A stretch of 64,000 nucleotides of DNA. It comes from Asterias rubens (Eukaryota). The position numbers and the translations under genes are program-made. Below the pieces are notes generated by a model. It was not told the DNA's origin and searched no databases. It saw only the letters and a list, made by a program, of their open reading frames with translations. This document shows, one piece after another, positions 21,901 through 33,898 of this stretch; position 1 is the first letter of the stretch, and each line of letters starts with the position of its first letter. The stretch covers positions 4,092,001 to 4,156,000 of the forward strand of contig NC_047076.1 of the NCBI RefSeq assembly GCF_902459465.1, given 5' to 3'.

Positions 21901-24900
21901 TGAATCAGTAGAGTGCCCTTTATTGCAAACTTGTACTCCCATTCATAAAACTGTCTCTCAAGGACACAAAACTGCAGAGGTGTGTTGGCATTGACTTGGA
22001 CTTCCTTTCTTTAGTGAATGTCATGCAAGTGTCTTCAATAGCAGCACAAAAACCCAGTGACAAAACCACAAAACAACAAAAATCTCACGCATAGCTGGCC
22101 TCTGGACTTGGCATCTCTCGAGTCCATCCTCCTGACCGCTGCTAACGATGGTTACCAGACCGCCGAGGATGGAGGGTCACTCAGTCTCAGCTCAGGAGGA
22201 TGGGGGGTTATGATTAATTATTGCAACTTAACTATACTAGCGATATTTTCGACCCAGTAACTCTGCTCTGGTCTGGGGCGAGCGCTGTACTCCTTTTTTC
22301 GAAATGTTGTCATGACTCATTACATGCATTACGACCGATAATGACAAAACTACGAAAAAAGGAGTACAATGGCCCAGTTACTGGGTCTATTTTAGATTAT
22401 TAAATAAATTAAATATATAATTTATATATTTATGTACCGTCATGCAGCCCCACAGTGCCAATACGCTGGACTCCCTCCGCTTATTGGCCCTACTACGCCT
22501 ACTCCTAGAACTATTTCGGTTTTGTCCGCTATCGTCTCCCGTAACCTCATCTCTCACGACAATAACGATGATGTTTCAATCATGGATCAAATCGCTCTTT
22601 TTTTTTTTTTTTAATCTTGCCAAAATTAGGCTCTATGTGTCCTTTGATATCTCATTGTCCGAGGGGACGACAGAAAATCCACTCCGCAATCCCCAAAATT
22701 GTTAAAAATGATAAATTCTTACCGTAATTCAGTCCCCAAGTTTTACCATTGCACTACAAATGCCGATTATTCCCGACCGTGCGCGTATTTTTGTCTGGGA
22801 AAAAATGACGCGGTGAGATCGATCACCCCTAAAAACGAGGTTGATGACTGCATGACAGAACCACGACGTCACTACTCAGTAGTACGCAAACAAATGTTAA
22901 TTTATAACTGATTTGAATTGACTTTTTATTTAATATTCCTATTTCAGGATCCACTATGGGGATGGTTTCAAGCTGTGGCAGGCCAAGTAAGTACATACAA
23001 CAGCTAGAATCATAATTTAAATTTGCAGTTTGCACTTCATTCTACTGTGGATTCCACAGTCTTTTAATACACTTGGTGCGATAAACAATCTCTCAAGGAA
23101 AAAAGAATGGTGGTCAAAACAAATTTTGGCGAATGATAACTAATGGTTTTTGAACAGTTTGAGTGTTTTATACAAAGACACTGACTTGTGAATTTTTTTC
23201 GAAAAGGTTAATGGCCTGACGTTTTGACCTTAGCTGAGTTTTCTTGAAGAAAGATTTTCTGTGAAAATTTAATTTTAGAAGGTTTTTGAAATATCAATCC
23301 AAAAAACAGGTTGTCTGGCTGGTTAGTTCAGTTGTGGAAAGCATTACCATTTAATTTGAGAAATGGACTAATTTAATTTAGTGAAATAACAAGCTACATC
23401 AAATTGCTTCTGAGTTTTAAAATAAAAGAGTTACATATGTAAGGGCAAACCCTACAAGTCCAAAAGTTAAAAATGGACCAGTGAAAAAGCTAACTGGTCC
23501 TGCTGGCTAGGAACTGAAGAAATTAAGGGCAAATCCTGAATAGTTTTAAGGCACTTATTAACAGCACTTTATCATAATCTTTCTTATTTTTAGGATGGGC
23601 AGATTGAACCAGTTGAGTTACAGCAGTGCCTTACAGCCTCTGGCATAGCAGGAACATATCAACGTAAGTTTCTTCCTTCATACTTCCTTCAGAATTTTTT
23701 TTTTTTCCCTTTCTAAAATTCCCTCATGAGAAATATAAATGTGACAACAATTAAAGAAGAAAAGAAGTGATAACAATTTGTGAACATGTGCTTTTCAATA
23801 CAAAACAATACAAAAAGGCATTTATATACAGCTGTTTCATTTACACGTAGATCATTTAATTTTCTTTTTGCGTAGTGTTTTTATGCTTCCCAAAGATTAT
23901 AGCTGCTCAACCGAGAATGAGTTGAACAATCAACTCCTCTGTGAAATATTATAGAAATATTGACTTCTATGAGGGGCACAGTTACAAATATAGGCCCAAG
24001 GCGATGTCAAAACCATGACTATGCCCGAAGCGTAGCTGAGGGCATAGCTTTGGTTTTGACATCACCTTGGGCCTGTAATTATTACTGTGCCCCAAATATT
24101 TAGCAGTCAATTGTTATTTTATATACCGATGGATTCTTCTAATCTGTTGCAGTTATTTTTCCTTCCTGTTGTACTAATCTGACATCCGATCTATATTTTA
24201 TTTGAGTAACTATAAATATAAATATGAATGGTACAACCATGAGTAAAATCTCTTTTGATGGAGTGTTGGTTCTGAAAAGAGCCGGTTTGGTCTCGACTAT
24301 TCCAACATTATACTCCGCTCGTCTTCAGGAGAATGAACAATATATTCAGTTTCTCCTGAAGATGAGCAGAGTATATTGTTTGAAACGTCGAGACCGAACC
24401 CGCTCGTGTATTCATATTTTTATTAATAGTTGCTGTTATTCTCCACACCATGCAAAGCTTCAAACACCATTTATATTTTATTTGTTTGTCTCTCAGAGAT
24501 ATCAGCAAAAAGGCCTAGTCAATAGAATTTGCATGATGCACTGGCCCAAGTAAAAAACTAATAAAAGAATAATTTTTCTGCGATTTGTACAATTCAACAA
24601 TTAAAGTGCTTTGGATGTTCCTGATGATAATAATAATAATAATAATGATCGGCACTTATATAGCTCTTCAAACAACAGTCCCATGAAGCGCTTTACAAAA
24701 ATTAATGAGTAAACAGGTAAGTTTTCAGCAGATGTTTGAAAATGTTCTCGTTTGGAGCAGCTCTGATATGGCTAACTATTATATTTATTTTTTTTAAATT
24801 TTCAGAGTTCAGCCTGGAGACTTGCCGTGTAATGATAGCTATGCTGGACGTATCCTTTTATTATTGACAATGCCACACAATATAGTATCAGGATAACTTG

Positions 24901-27900
24901 TTTGTGTGCAATTTCTATTGCGTTTGCGGGAAATATGTTTTGTCATAGTCAAGGTGAAGGCTTAATGTTTATCACCCCCCCCCCTAACAAAAACAAATTT
25001 TTGCTGATAATACTGTCATCTTCAAGAAAGAAGTTGTATCGTTGCTTATTATTGAAATAATGCAAATTACTTTATCCAGTCCAGCCAAAAGAGTCGTTTG
25101 TCGAATATATCATTTTGGAGAAGCAAACCAACGAGGGTTAAATTTTCAACAAAAACATTTTTTTTTATTTTATATAAATGGCCACATAAATTGTATCAAA
25201 AATAAATTTTATATTATAGGGGTGTGATGGAGCACTGTACAAAAACCCAGTATTGTTATTATCATTTTTATTTGCACAAATTGTGAAGTAGGTCTTGTTT
25301 TGAATTAATTAATTTGATTAACACACATAGAAATATAAGAGAACAAACTGATTAAACACAAATGAGTATAGATGTTGTCCTTGTATATTTGGTTTGCGGT
25401 AACACCATGTGTGTATCTACTTACCAGGTAGAGTTGTTCTTAGGGAACTGTCTTGCTTTATTCTACTGCCGTGGAGTAGATAATCGGAGGTTCGGGAGAC
25501 TTCTCAGTTCTGAAAAGAACTGTCCTGCTTATTTAACTATTACCAGGGCGGATGGTATAGAAATTAGACTGGACTACTACTTTAGCTTATAGGATCGTAA
25601 TTAACTGTACTGCCGCGGAGTCAGTTCTGAAATTGGTCTCAACGTTTGGACTAGCTTGCTCTATACATTGATACCTCACCATGCAATGCCTCAAATCCTA
25701 TAGATGTTGCCCTTGACCATGTTGTGTACAGCGAGATTACTCCGGTAAGATGGGGTTTGCAGAGTTCAAGGAACTATGGACTGTCATTAACCAATGGAAG
25801 CAGACGTTCATTCAGTTTGACACTGACAGATCAGGAACAGTACAGGGACATGAGCTGCATAATGCAATCAAGAGTTTTGGTAAGTTTTTTTATACCTCTG
25901 TAACAAATTGTGATATTTTATTAGTCGAGAACCAACCACGTGATGTGATACAAAGACGCATGTTCCATGGCTGCACAGCGCAGGGGGTAACTTAAGTTTT
26001 TTCAACCGGTGTACGTTATTTTGATCGCTCCTACCGTTGGTAGATTTGCAGCACTTTGTACGAAACAGATCATGAACAGTACAGGGACATGAGCTGCATA
26101 ATGCAATCAAAAGTATAAAGAGATATGGTAATAGACTGGGGCTCAGGCATGCAACTCTTCCGCGGACCCGCCATTGTCCAAGTTTCATGAAATAGTACTC
26201 CACCATTACAAAAAAAATCTGCGTCAAATAAAATCAGGCTCCATGAATGAAAACAAGTTGTGCGGAAGGTTACAGACAAAAGCATTACACAGTCCAGACA
26301 CAGACGCAAGTTTTCCTCGCACAGCATACATTCTACATTATTTTTGCATGGTCTGGCTCCTTGGTGTTTTTGTTGATTGTTGTATAAGGGAATTCAGGGG
26401 ATCCAGACACTGTAAGGACCCAATATCAAATATTCTGCTAGCTTCAGTCCTCGCAATCCCCTCTATCGTTGGAAATAAGGCCTATACTGTATCACCATAG
26501 AGGTTTACCAACTCGACAAGAATTTCTTGCATCAAGACTAATCAATGCTAAGTTTGGTGGATCATTCATGGATTTATAGTTGATATTTTGACCAATTTGA
26601 TCCTTGGTGTGTTGATCACTTCACCACACCACACTCGCTCAAACAGTTCTTGTTGGCGGGATCGTGGCTTACAGAAACGCCCTCTAGCGGTGGAAATGGG
26701 GCCTACATTGTATTTGGTATTACCATAGAGGTTGACCAACTCAACAAGAACGTCATGTATGAAAACTGATCAATGCTATAAAAGCCTTCTCCAGAAGACG
26801 ATCAGAGTGTACTGATCGAAGTGTCGAGTTGAAACCAATGGTTCTTTTCAGAACCACCCCAACTCACTTAGAGATTATCATGGATACATGGTTTTACCGA
26901 AAACCTTTACTTTTTCATATTTCCACCATCCAGTTTCAAATCTTACTTAGTGGTAAGCTTGGTGGGCCATTCATGGATGTATAGTTGATATTTTGACCGT
27001 TTTGATCCTCAGGTTACAACTTGTCTCCACAATGTCTTGGTGTGTTGATCAGACGGTATGAGAAGTCTGGTCATATCACCTTTGATGACTTTGTGTCTTG
27101 TGTGGTACGCTTAAGAGCACTCACAGGTGAGTTCAGTTTAGACTCATGTGATAAGCCTGGTTAGCATGGTTATGTTATTAATTTTTTGGTTTTTACCCAT
27201 ACACCGATGTATGTATGCACTTTATGCTCGAGTCTACTTTCCCGAGTCCTGTGAACAAATATCACAGGCATATTACTCGGGTGGGATTCGAACCCACGAC
27301 CCTTGCAATTCCAGAGCAGTGTCTTACAAAAATTTTGGTTTTTAATATGGGTAAAAAACAAAAATTAATGAAATTCTTTATCACCGATGCAAATTTAACA
27401 TCATCTCTTATATAATTATGTTATCAATCATTAGATGAACATTTAAAGACATCCAGCTAAAAGCCTGTGTTATGCTTTCTTTTTTTTTTGCAGCCACTTT
27501 CCAGAGTAGAGACACACAGCGAAATGGTTACGCAAATTTCCAGTATGATGATGTAAGTGTTTTTTTTTTTTTTGTGTTTGGAGTTTATTAAAGGCACTCG
27601 GCACTCTTGGTAACTACTCAAAAAATTTAGTTGGTAATGAGCAATGACGAGCTGTTGATAGAATACAAAATTGTGAGAAAAAAGGTCCCTCTGCAGTATG
27701 CCTACCAGAGTTTTTGAGAAAGGGATAATTTGTGCAACAAGGGTAGTTTTTTTTCATTATTCTGTTGCAAATTTCGATGACCAATTGAGCCCAAATTTTC
27801 TGAGGTTTGTTATTATGCATATGTTAAGATACACCAAGTGAGCAAACTGGTCTTTGACAAGTTCACCAAATATGTCCAGTGCCTTTAAAGAGACTTTATT

Positions 27901-28821
27901 ATTGTACATGGTGTCTCCGCAAACCTTGATTGATTACTGAGATGCAGTAAGTGTTAACAACATTTACGGATGAGAATAATAATAATGGTTTCTTAAATAG
28001 ACCGATTGCATATGACGTCACGCTCTCAAAAAGGAGGCAGATCGTTGGACAATAGCTGTTCTCTGTGTGTGAAAAACGTGCACCTGACCTCAGCTTACCT
28101 GTAGCGTTTTGCATTATGCAAAGGGGGAGCTATTGCAGAACGCGCCTCTGAACAATGCGCGCAATTTCGGGTGTCAACTGTGTTTTGTGCATGTTTGTAC
28201 ATGTTTACGATTTTGACACCCAAAATGATACCAAGGAGAGGCACATGTGAGTACGCTGTGCGTATTGAGAGGTCTATAGCGCCCATATCCGTCACTCAGT
28301 GACGATATCTACGTATTTGTGTCTAATCAGTTTGTAATCTTGTATTTCTAATATGTCGGGGAATTGATGATAATAATCAAACCATAACATTTCATTTCAT
28401 TTCATAATAATACTAATAATAGTGACTTCTTAGATAGCGCTCATATTGTCACTCTGTGACGCTCAAGAGACACTAAGAGACACTCAAGGCGCTTCAACAT
28501 TCAGTATTTTCCTGCAGGGTGTGTGGGACTAAGTTTTTGAATTATGAGACCTACTCCTTTTAACATAGCACCACGTAATGGTTTGCAAGGTGCTGTGGCA
28601 CGACATGCTGCCAATCAAACCAGGAACACTGGGGCGAACCCCTTCTTTTTCTACTAAGTGTACTTGGTTGTTTTACATCCATAATACAACACACGAGACC
28701 AACGGCTTTACGTCTCTTACTTGCTTAGTGTATGCATGCGAAGTGTAACAACGTTCATGTGTCTGTGCTATTTTTTGTTTTTCCCCATGTACAGTTCATT
28801 AGAAGCGTCATGACCATTTAA
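18996..28821 (+). CDS. SRI: Sorcin/grancalcin-like penta-EF-hand Ca2+-binding protein, ~183 aa, 8 exons
   Basis: join(18996-19046, 22948-22986, 23594-23663, 24806-24849, 25732-25879, 27013-27126, 27494-27552, 28795-28821): [109 protein letters not shown]. Phases consistent. Confidence 0.9.
19156..21468. mobile_element. Putative non-autonomous TIR element (~2.3 kb) in sorcin intron 1 with internal tandem repeats
   Basis: Ends TAGGGACG.. / ..CATCCCTA flanked by direct repeat CTAGTAT (7 bp, 8 with one shared base). TIR is short and imperfect. Confidence 0.45.
20300..21080. repeat. Diverged tandem repeat, ~208-bp unit x ~3.7
   Basis: Recurring CCTTGTCCAAAAATGAAG..TTTGAGATATGC..AATTTGCATATTTT units starting near 20306, 20512, 20719 and 20933. 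Confidence 0.8.
21550..21885. mobile_element. Two ~130-bp MITEs (TIR TTCCGTATGGCGCCACCACTTTTT) in inverted orientation
   Basis: Copies at ~21550-21680 and ~21762-21885 have reverse-complementary interiors; degenerate copy near 50770-50860. Confidence 0.8.
23945..24125. repeat. Palindromic hairpin-only element
   Basis: Imperfect inverted arms around GCCCGAAGCGTAGCTGAGGGC; ends resemble the AATATTGAC..GTCAAT ends of the 13361 element. Confidence 0.6.
24289..24394. ncRNA. Two divergent minimal hammerhead-like motifs
   Basis: Plus copy TTCTC-CTGAAGA-T-GAGCA/TGTTT-GAAAC-GTC-GAGAC (24351-24394); minus copy 24289-24332 has a mutated GAAA. Confidence 0.5.
24850..25731 (+). other. U12-type (minor spliceosome) GT-AG intron in the sorcin-like gene
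   Basis: 5' splice site GTATCCTTTT (24850-24859); branch point CCTTGAC (25711-25717) about 14 nt upstream of the AG; no long polypyrimidine tract. Confidence 0.85.
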
Positions 28822-29500
28822 TCTCTCTCGATCTCTGAATGAGAAATTCATCGCTGATGTGTAAATACTCAAAAGAAGCTGACACCAGTTGTAAAAAAGT
28901 GGTTAACAACACAGAAACAAATAATGAATTCAAACCTTTTAACACGTAGTGATAAAACTTCTTGTAATAAACTTTGTATTGTGTTGATGTAATGCACTAC
29001 CCCCCCCCCCCCCAAACTGTAGGCCTGTATGCTTCGTTTTTGAAAGGGCAAAGGCACCAAGGCATGTTCTCCTTGGTAAAGGGCACCCTATGAGCAAATT
29101 GTAAATTTCTACTGGTGCATTTAAGGGTACCAAGGCATTGACCAGGGCCCAATTTGATAGAGCTGTTTATGCACAAAAAGTAGCTACAAAGCACAATAAA
29201 ATTATGCTTACCAGAATAAGGTTACCAGCCAAAGTACCATGTCACATGTACACTTTGTGACTGGTATCCTGCTTATTTTCGCTAAGCAGAAAGGTGTGGA
29301 GCATAATTCTGTACTTAAGCAACTCTATGAAATTGGGGCATGGAGGCAATCGCCTTTGTTGCCTCCGTGAAGTTATCAGGCCTGCAACTGTCTATGCACT
29401 GTGAGTGTTAAGTACAAGTGGTTAGTATTCAACTTGATGTCATGGACACTGTTCTTGATATTTTAACTTAATGATGTGTCCTTGTTATTGTTCTTAACAG

Positions 29501-29527
29501 TTCATCAAGTCTGTCTCTTGCCTGTAG
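29501..29527 (+). CDS. Candidate alternative terminal exon of the sorcin-like gene (FIKSVSCL*)
   Basis: Acceptor cttgttattgttcttaacag precedes a phase-0, 27-nt exon paralogous to 28795-28821 (FIRSVMTI*). Confidence 0.45.
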   Translation, partial: FIKSVSCL

Positions 29528-32157
29528 GAGGACGACTGATCGCTATCCTATGACAAGCCCATAGTTTGTTAGGTTTATTTTGTTATATCTCGGGGTTTAT
29601 TTCTTATATTATCTCTGGGTTATTTTCTTACATCTTAAAATTGTCCTTAAAATATACGATCTTACCATCCAGCTACCAATTTCACGAAACTTTACGCCAC
29701 TGTTTAAGTCCACTTGCACAATGTATAAACGTTGCGCAAGTGGATTACACAGCTGCAGGGATGGAAGACAAAACCCTAATATTTCCTCACTTATAAGTCG
29801 GAGGGTTTTGTTCACTGTTCTTCAGGACAAGCCAAGTATTACATATAAAACAAAGTATTTTCTAGATTTACATTTTAAAATTTGCACAACTAAAACATTA
29901 GAAAACAAGGAGATGATTAGCAGTTCATCTTGTTTAAGATTTAAGTCTTTCATTTCGATTGATATTACCACTCAACATTTTTGTGAATTTCCATAATAAA
30001 GGGCCAAAGGTCATGTACTTCAGAGATGTTAATTTTGCATTAGGGATAAAGAAATTAATTTAGATTTTACCCTTACACTGATGTGTATTAAACAAGGTTT
30101 ATGTATACTCGGTACTTTCGCGAGTTCTTTGAAAAAAAATCCACAGGCAAATCACTCGTTTGGTATTTGAACTCACGACCTTTGTACTGCAAGAGCAGGT
30201 GTCTTAACACTAGCCCACTGAGCTAAACCCAAGGCTGTTTATAGTCATTCCAGTTTCATAGAGTTCATTGAACAAGCTCAAAAGTTTTAAGGAAAACTAA
30301 ATTACGTGGTTATGACAAACTTAAAGCTAAGTGTGTTTATCTAGAAATTAAAACTTCAATTTTGTAGTAGACCCTTCCCACGAAATAATGTAAATTGCAA
30401 GTCATGCGTGCGCACTAACACTTTGGTTGGCAAAATGAAAGAACATTGTGACTGTTTGTAATGGGATGATAGTGGCGTGACGCAGACGGGTTTGGCGTCT
30501 ACTTAAAGTGCACGTCTCTATGGCGTTTGCCAACCAACAGTGTCTGTGCACATGTTTGAATGTAATAAGGGTATTTCATGTGATGGGTCTATTGTAATGT
30601 ACCTGTACACATAGATATAGATGTTCACTTTTTATTTTTAACTTAAACTACTTGTATTTTCATTTTGTTCGTTTTGTCTTAATTTCTAAAGAGATGGTTA
30701 TAAGCAGCTGGTTATAAGTAACTGATAAATAGACCCTTTTCGAAACCACAGCTTTGGCTCCAGATTCGACTCAGGATAGCTTTGCTCTGTTGTTGTTTTG
30801 ATAATTGCACGTGCTTTGCTACGTGCTCAAGGCTTCAGATGTGAGAACGGAGCCTGAAGCTGGATCGAAAGCCGAAGCAGTGGATTTGAAAAGGTCCATA
30901 GACATGCTTGATAGGCGGTAGTCTTGGTGCAAGGCGATCTTGTTTCTTATCACTCAACTATCGTGTTTCACACTATCCAAACTATCGTACCCGTTGGGTG
31001 GAACCCTGTGTGAAATTTAGGAACGTCTTTCATCGAGACTTACTTATAAGTAGCCAAGGAAGTGCAGCCCAAGAAAACACAGTTTAATGTTCACAAATAA
31101 AACATGTTTTTAATATCATTCAAATATGGAGCACATACATGTAGGTTTTTCTTTTTAGTCTTGGGATGGATTTTATTGCTTTGTAAAATCAACACCTGGA
31201 CTATAATAATGTAGTTTTACTATACACACTGTTACTGACCATGAACAAAACATACTTTGAACTGTGCCTATGTATCATTTAAACAAGTATATTGTGAGAA
31301 AAGTAAAATCAATCATGTAGTTGAATAAAAATATAGTTAATAGTGTCTATTTCGACAATTGATTCGTGTACACAATTCATTGCATAAAACAAATTATATT
31401 ACATTTTCTATATATTTTACTTAAATGCTTGTTGTATGGCTAAATGATAGCAAGGATATAGTTTACTGCCAGAACCTGCTGAAGAATAAATTTCCAAACA
31501 ACTTTAACAACTATTCACTCCTTGCTGTTCAGATCTATTTAGAGCCTCTAATTGTGGACAGCACTGAACAGAAGCATTGTATAACCCCTGTATTGCATGA
31601 TAATGCAATGACACCTTTATGCAAACATGTGTACAGTTATAAAGTGGTACATTGTAAACAATTGTTTTTATAACAGCTCTATAGAAACATATACAATACG
31701 ACAAATGATAATATCAATGTTTTACATGTATTTTTGGTCATCGTTTGCATTTCAGTTTTTTTTCTCCAAATCTTTTATTATTGAACAAAAGTTATAATGG
31801 CAAACAAGGTTAGGTTAGAAGCAGTGATGTAAGACAATGTTCAATTGTAGAATTGCATTTTTTATTGATTCTCATGAGAATAATAAACTTGTATAACTTT
31901 GAAGTTCACCTTCAACCTCGTCTTTTTAAAATGAATATAAATGTTTCTGGTTTTTCTATGTGTCATTTTAAAAAGGTAATTTGGAGAATTTGAACCTGCA
32001 TTAGCAACCTCTATTTTCAAAATGACCTAACTAGCCCTTACATTGGCAGTCTGCCTATTTGTTTTTCAATACAAAAATTGATTTACAAATATTGTATATT
32101 TGTTGCTGCTGTATGTAAAATACTGCAAAGTCCACAGTGTGACCACTTATTTGTTAC

Positions 32158-32534
32158 TTAAAGCCATTGGACACTTTCGGTAAACGGTATTATCCAAGGC
32201 CCACACTTCGTGTACCACAACTTATATATAAAATAACAAACCTGTGAAAATTTAGTCTCAATCGGTCATCGGAGTCGGGAGAAAATAACGGGAAAACCCA
32301 CCCTTGTTTTCCCGCGTTTCGCCGTGTCATGACATGTGTTTAAAATAAACCTGTATTTCTCGCGCTATGGAGAATTGATATTGTTTTAATGCTTTCTGAA
32401 AAAGTAAAGCATTTCATGAAATAATATTTCAAGATAAGTCTTTCACAATTACCTTCTGTAAACCCTGTACATTATTTGTAAATCTGTGAAGTTTTAAAAA
32501 TAAATTCTGTACCGAAAGTGTATAATGGCTTTAA
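32158..32534. mobile_element. MITE family B copy
   Basis: TIRs and TTAA at both ends. Confidence 0.8.
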
Positions 32535-32689
32535 CTCACACAACCGGGTTGGTGTACGTTCGTGGAGTGAATGGTACTCTACTCTCTCTAAATGTAAAAG
32601 AGTAAAAAACACCACTCTGTAATTAATGCTTTACATTTAGCGTTGTCATTCATATGGCTCTTTAAAAAGAATGGTGGTTATTTCACTCT

Positions 32690-33076
32690 TTAAAGACCCT
32701 GGACACTATTGGTAATTTTCAAAGACCAGTCTTCTCACTTGTTGTATCTCAACATATGCATAAAATAACAAACCTGTGAAAATTTTAGCTCAATCGGTCA
32801 TCGAACTTCTGAGATAATAATGAAAGAAAAAATACCCTTGTCACACGAAGTTGTGTGCGTTTTGATAGCTGATTTCGAGACCTTCAAGTTCTAAACTTGA
32901 GGTCTCGAAATCAAATTCGTGAAAAATTACTTCTCTCTCGAAAACTATGGCACTTCAGAGGGAGCCATTTCTCACAATGTGTTATACCATCAACCTCTCC
33001 CCATTACTGGTCACCAAGAAAGGTTTTATGCTAATAATTATTTTGAGTAATTACCAATAGTGTCTACTGCCTTTAA
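32690..33076. mobile_element. MITE family A copy
   Basis: TIRs and TTAA flanks. Confidence 0.8.
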
Positions 33077-33851
33077 GGGGAGTTTCACTCCAGGACAGAG
33101 TAAAAAGTCACTCAAAAAGATGCAAACTTCAATCTAAAAGAGTGGTAGACCACTCAGAAAAGAGTTGTCCGTTATATGGCTCTTCAGAGAGTGCTTTTTC
33201 ACTCTTTACGTTTAGAGAGTATATTACATCATTTGCAGACATAAACGAAAGTTCTCCCAAGTATTAACTACACAATGTTTACTTTTACTGAAAGAAAGCT
33301 AAATTCCTCCCAAGCATCACATGAATCGTTTTGCCATGTGTAGGGCCTATACCATCATTTCAAAGAAAAATTCAATTTGTATAATTTTTTGAAGCGTTAT
33401 CACCCGACAATATTGTGCTAGTTTTTCTCAGCAGTCACTGACTGACAAAAAAGTAAAACAGGTCACAATTTGATAGAGCTGCTTATTACTAAGCCGAAAA
33501 TATTGCTTTACAAATTTTCTGAGCAGTAAACCAGTTACAAATTGTACATGTGTGATGGTAGTTTGACTGGTAACCTTATTCTGGTAAGCATAATTTTGTT
33601 GTGCTTATGTGTTTTTTGTTTTTTTGTGTTAAGCATGCAGCTCTACGAAATTGGGCCATTGTCGTTGGAGCGATATTTAAAATCGAACCCCACAAATCCA
33701 CATAAAATACAGCAGTACCGAAGGTGTAATTCTCTTTAAACAATGTTTGTATGGACTGTGCACTACCAGTGCGGTCAAAGTTCAATGCAATGATTACTTT
33801 AACATTGTAAAACAGCTGTGTACAAACAGTGGTGCAGAGTGATGTAGTTTA

Positions 33852-33862
33852 TATTATAAATA
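33852..33862 (+). promoter_or_regulatory. Possible TATA box upstream of the P4H-like gene
   Basis: TATTATAAATA about 40 nt upstream of the ATG. The region is AT-rich, so this may be chance. Confidence 0.25.
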
Positions 33863-33898
33863 CAAGGGGCGAAGGTGCAGGGAGGGCCAGCTGCAGTC

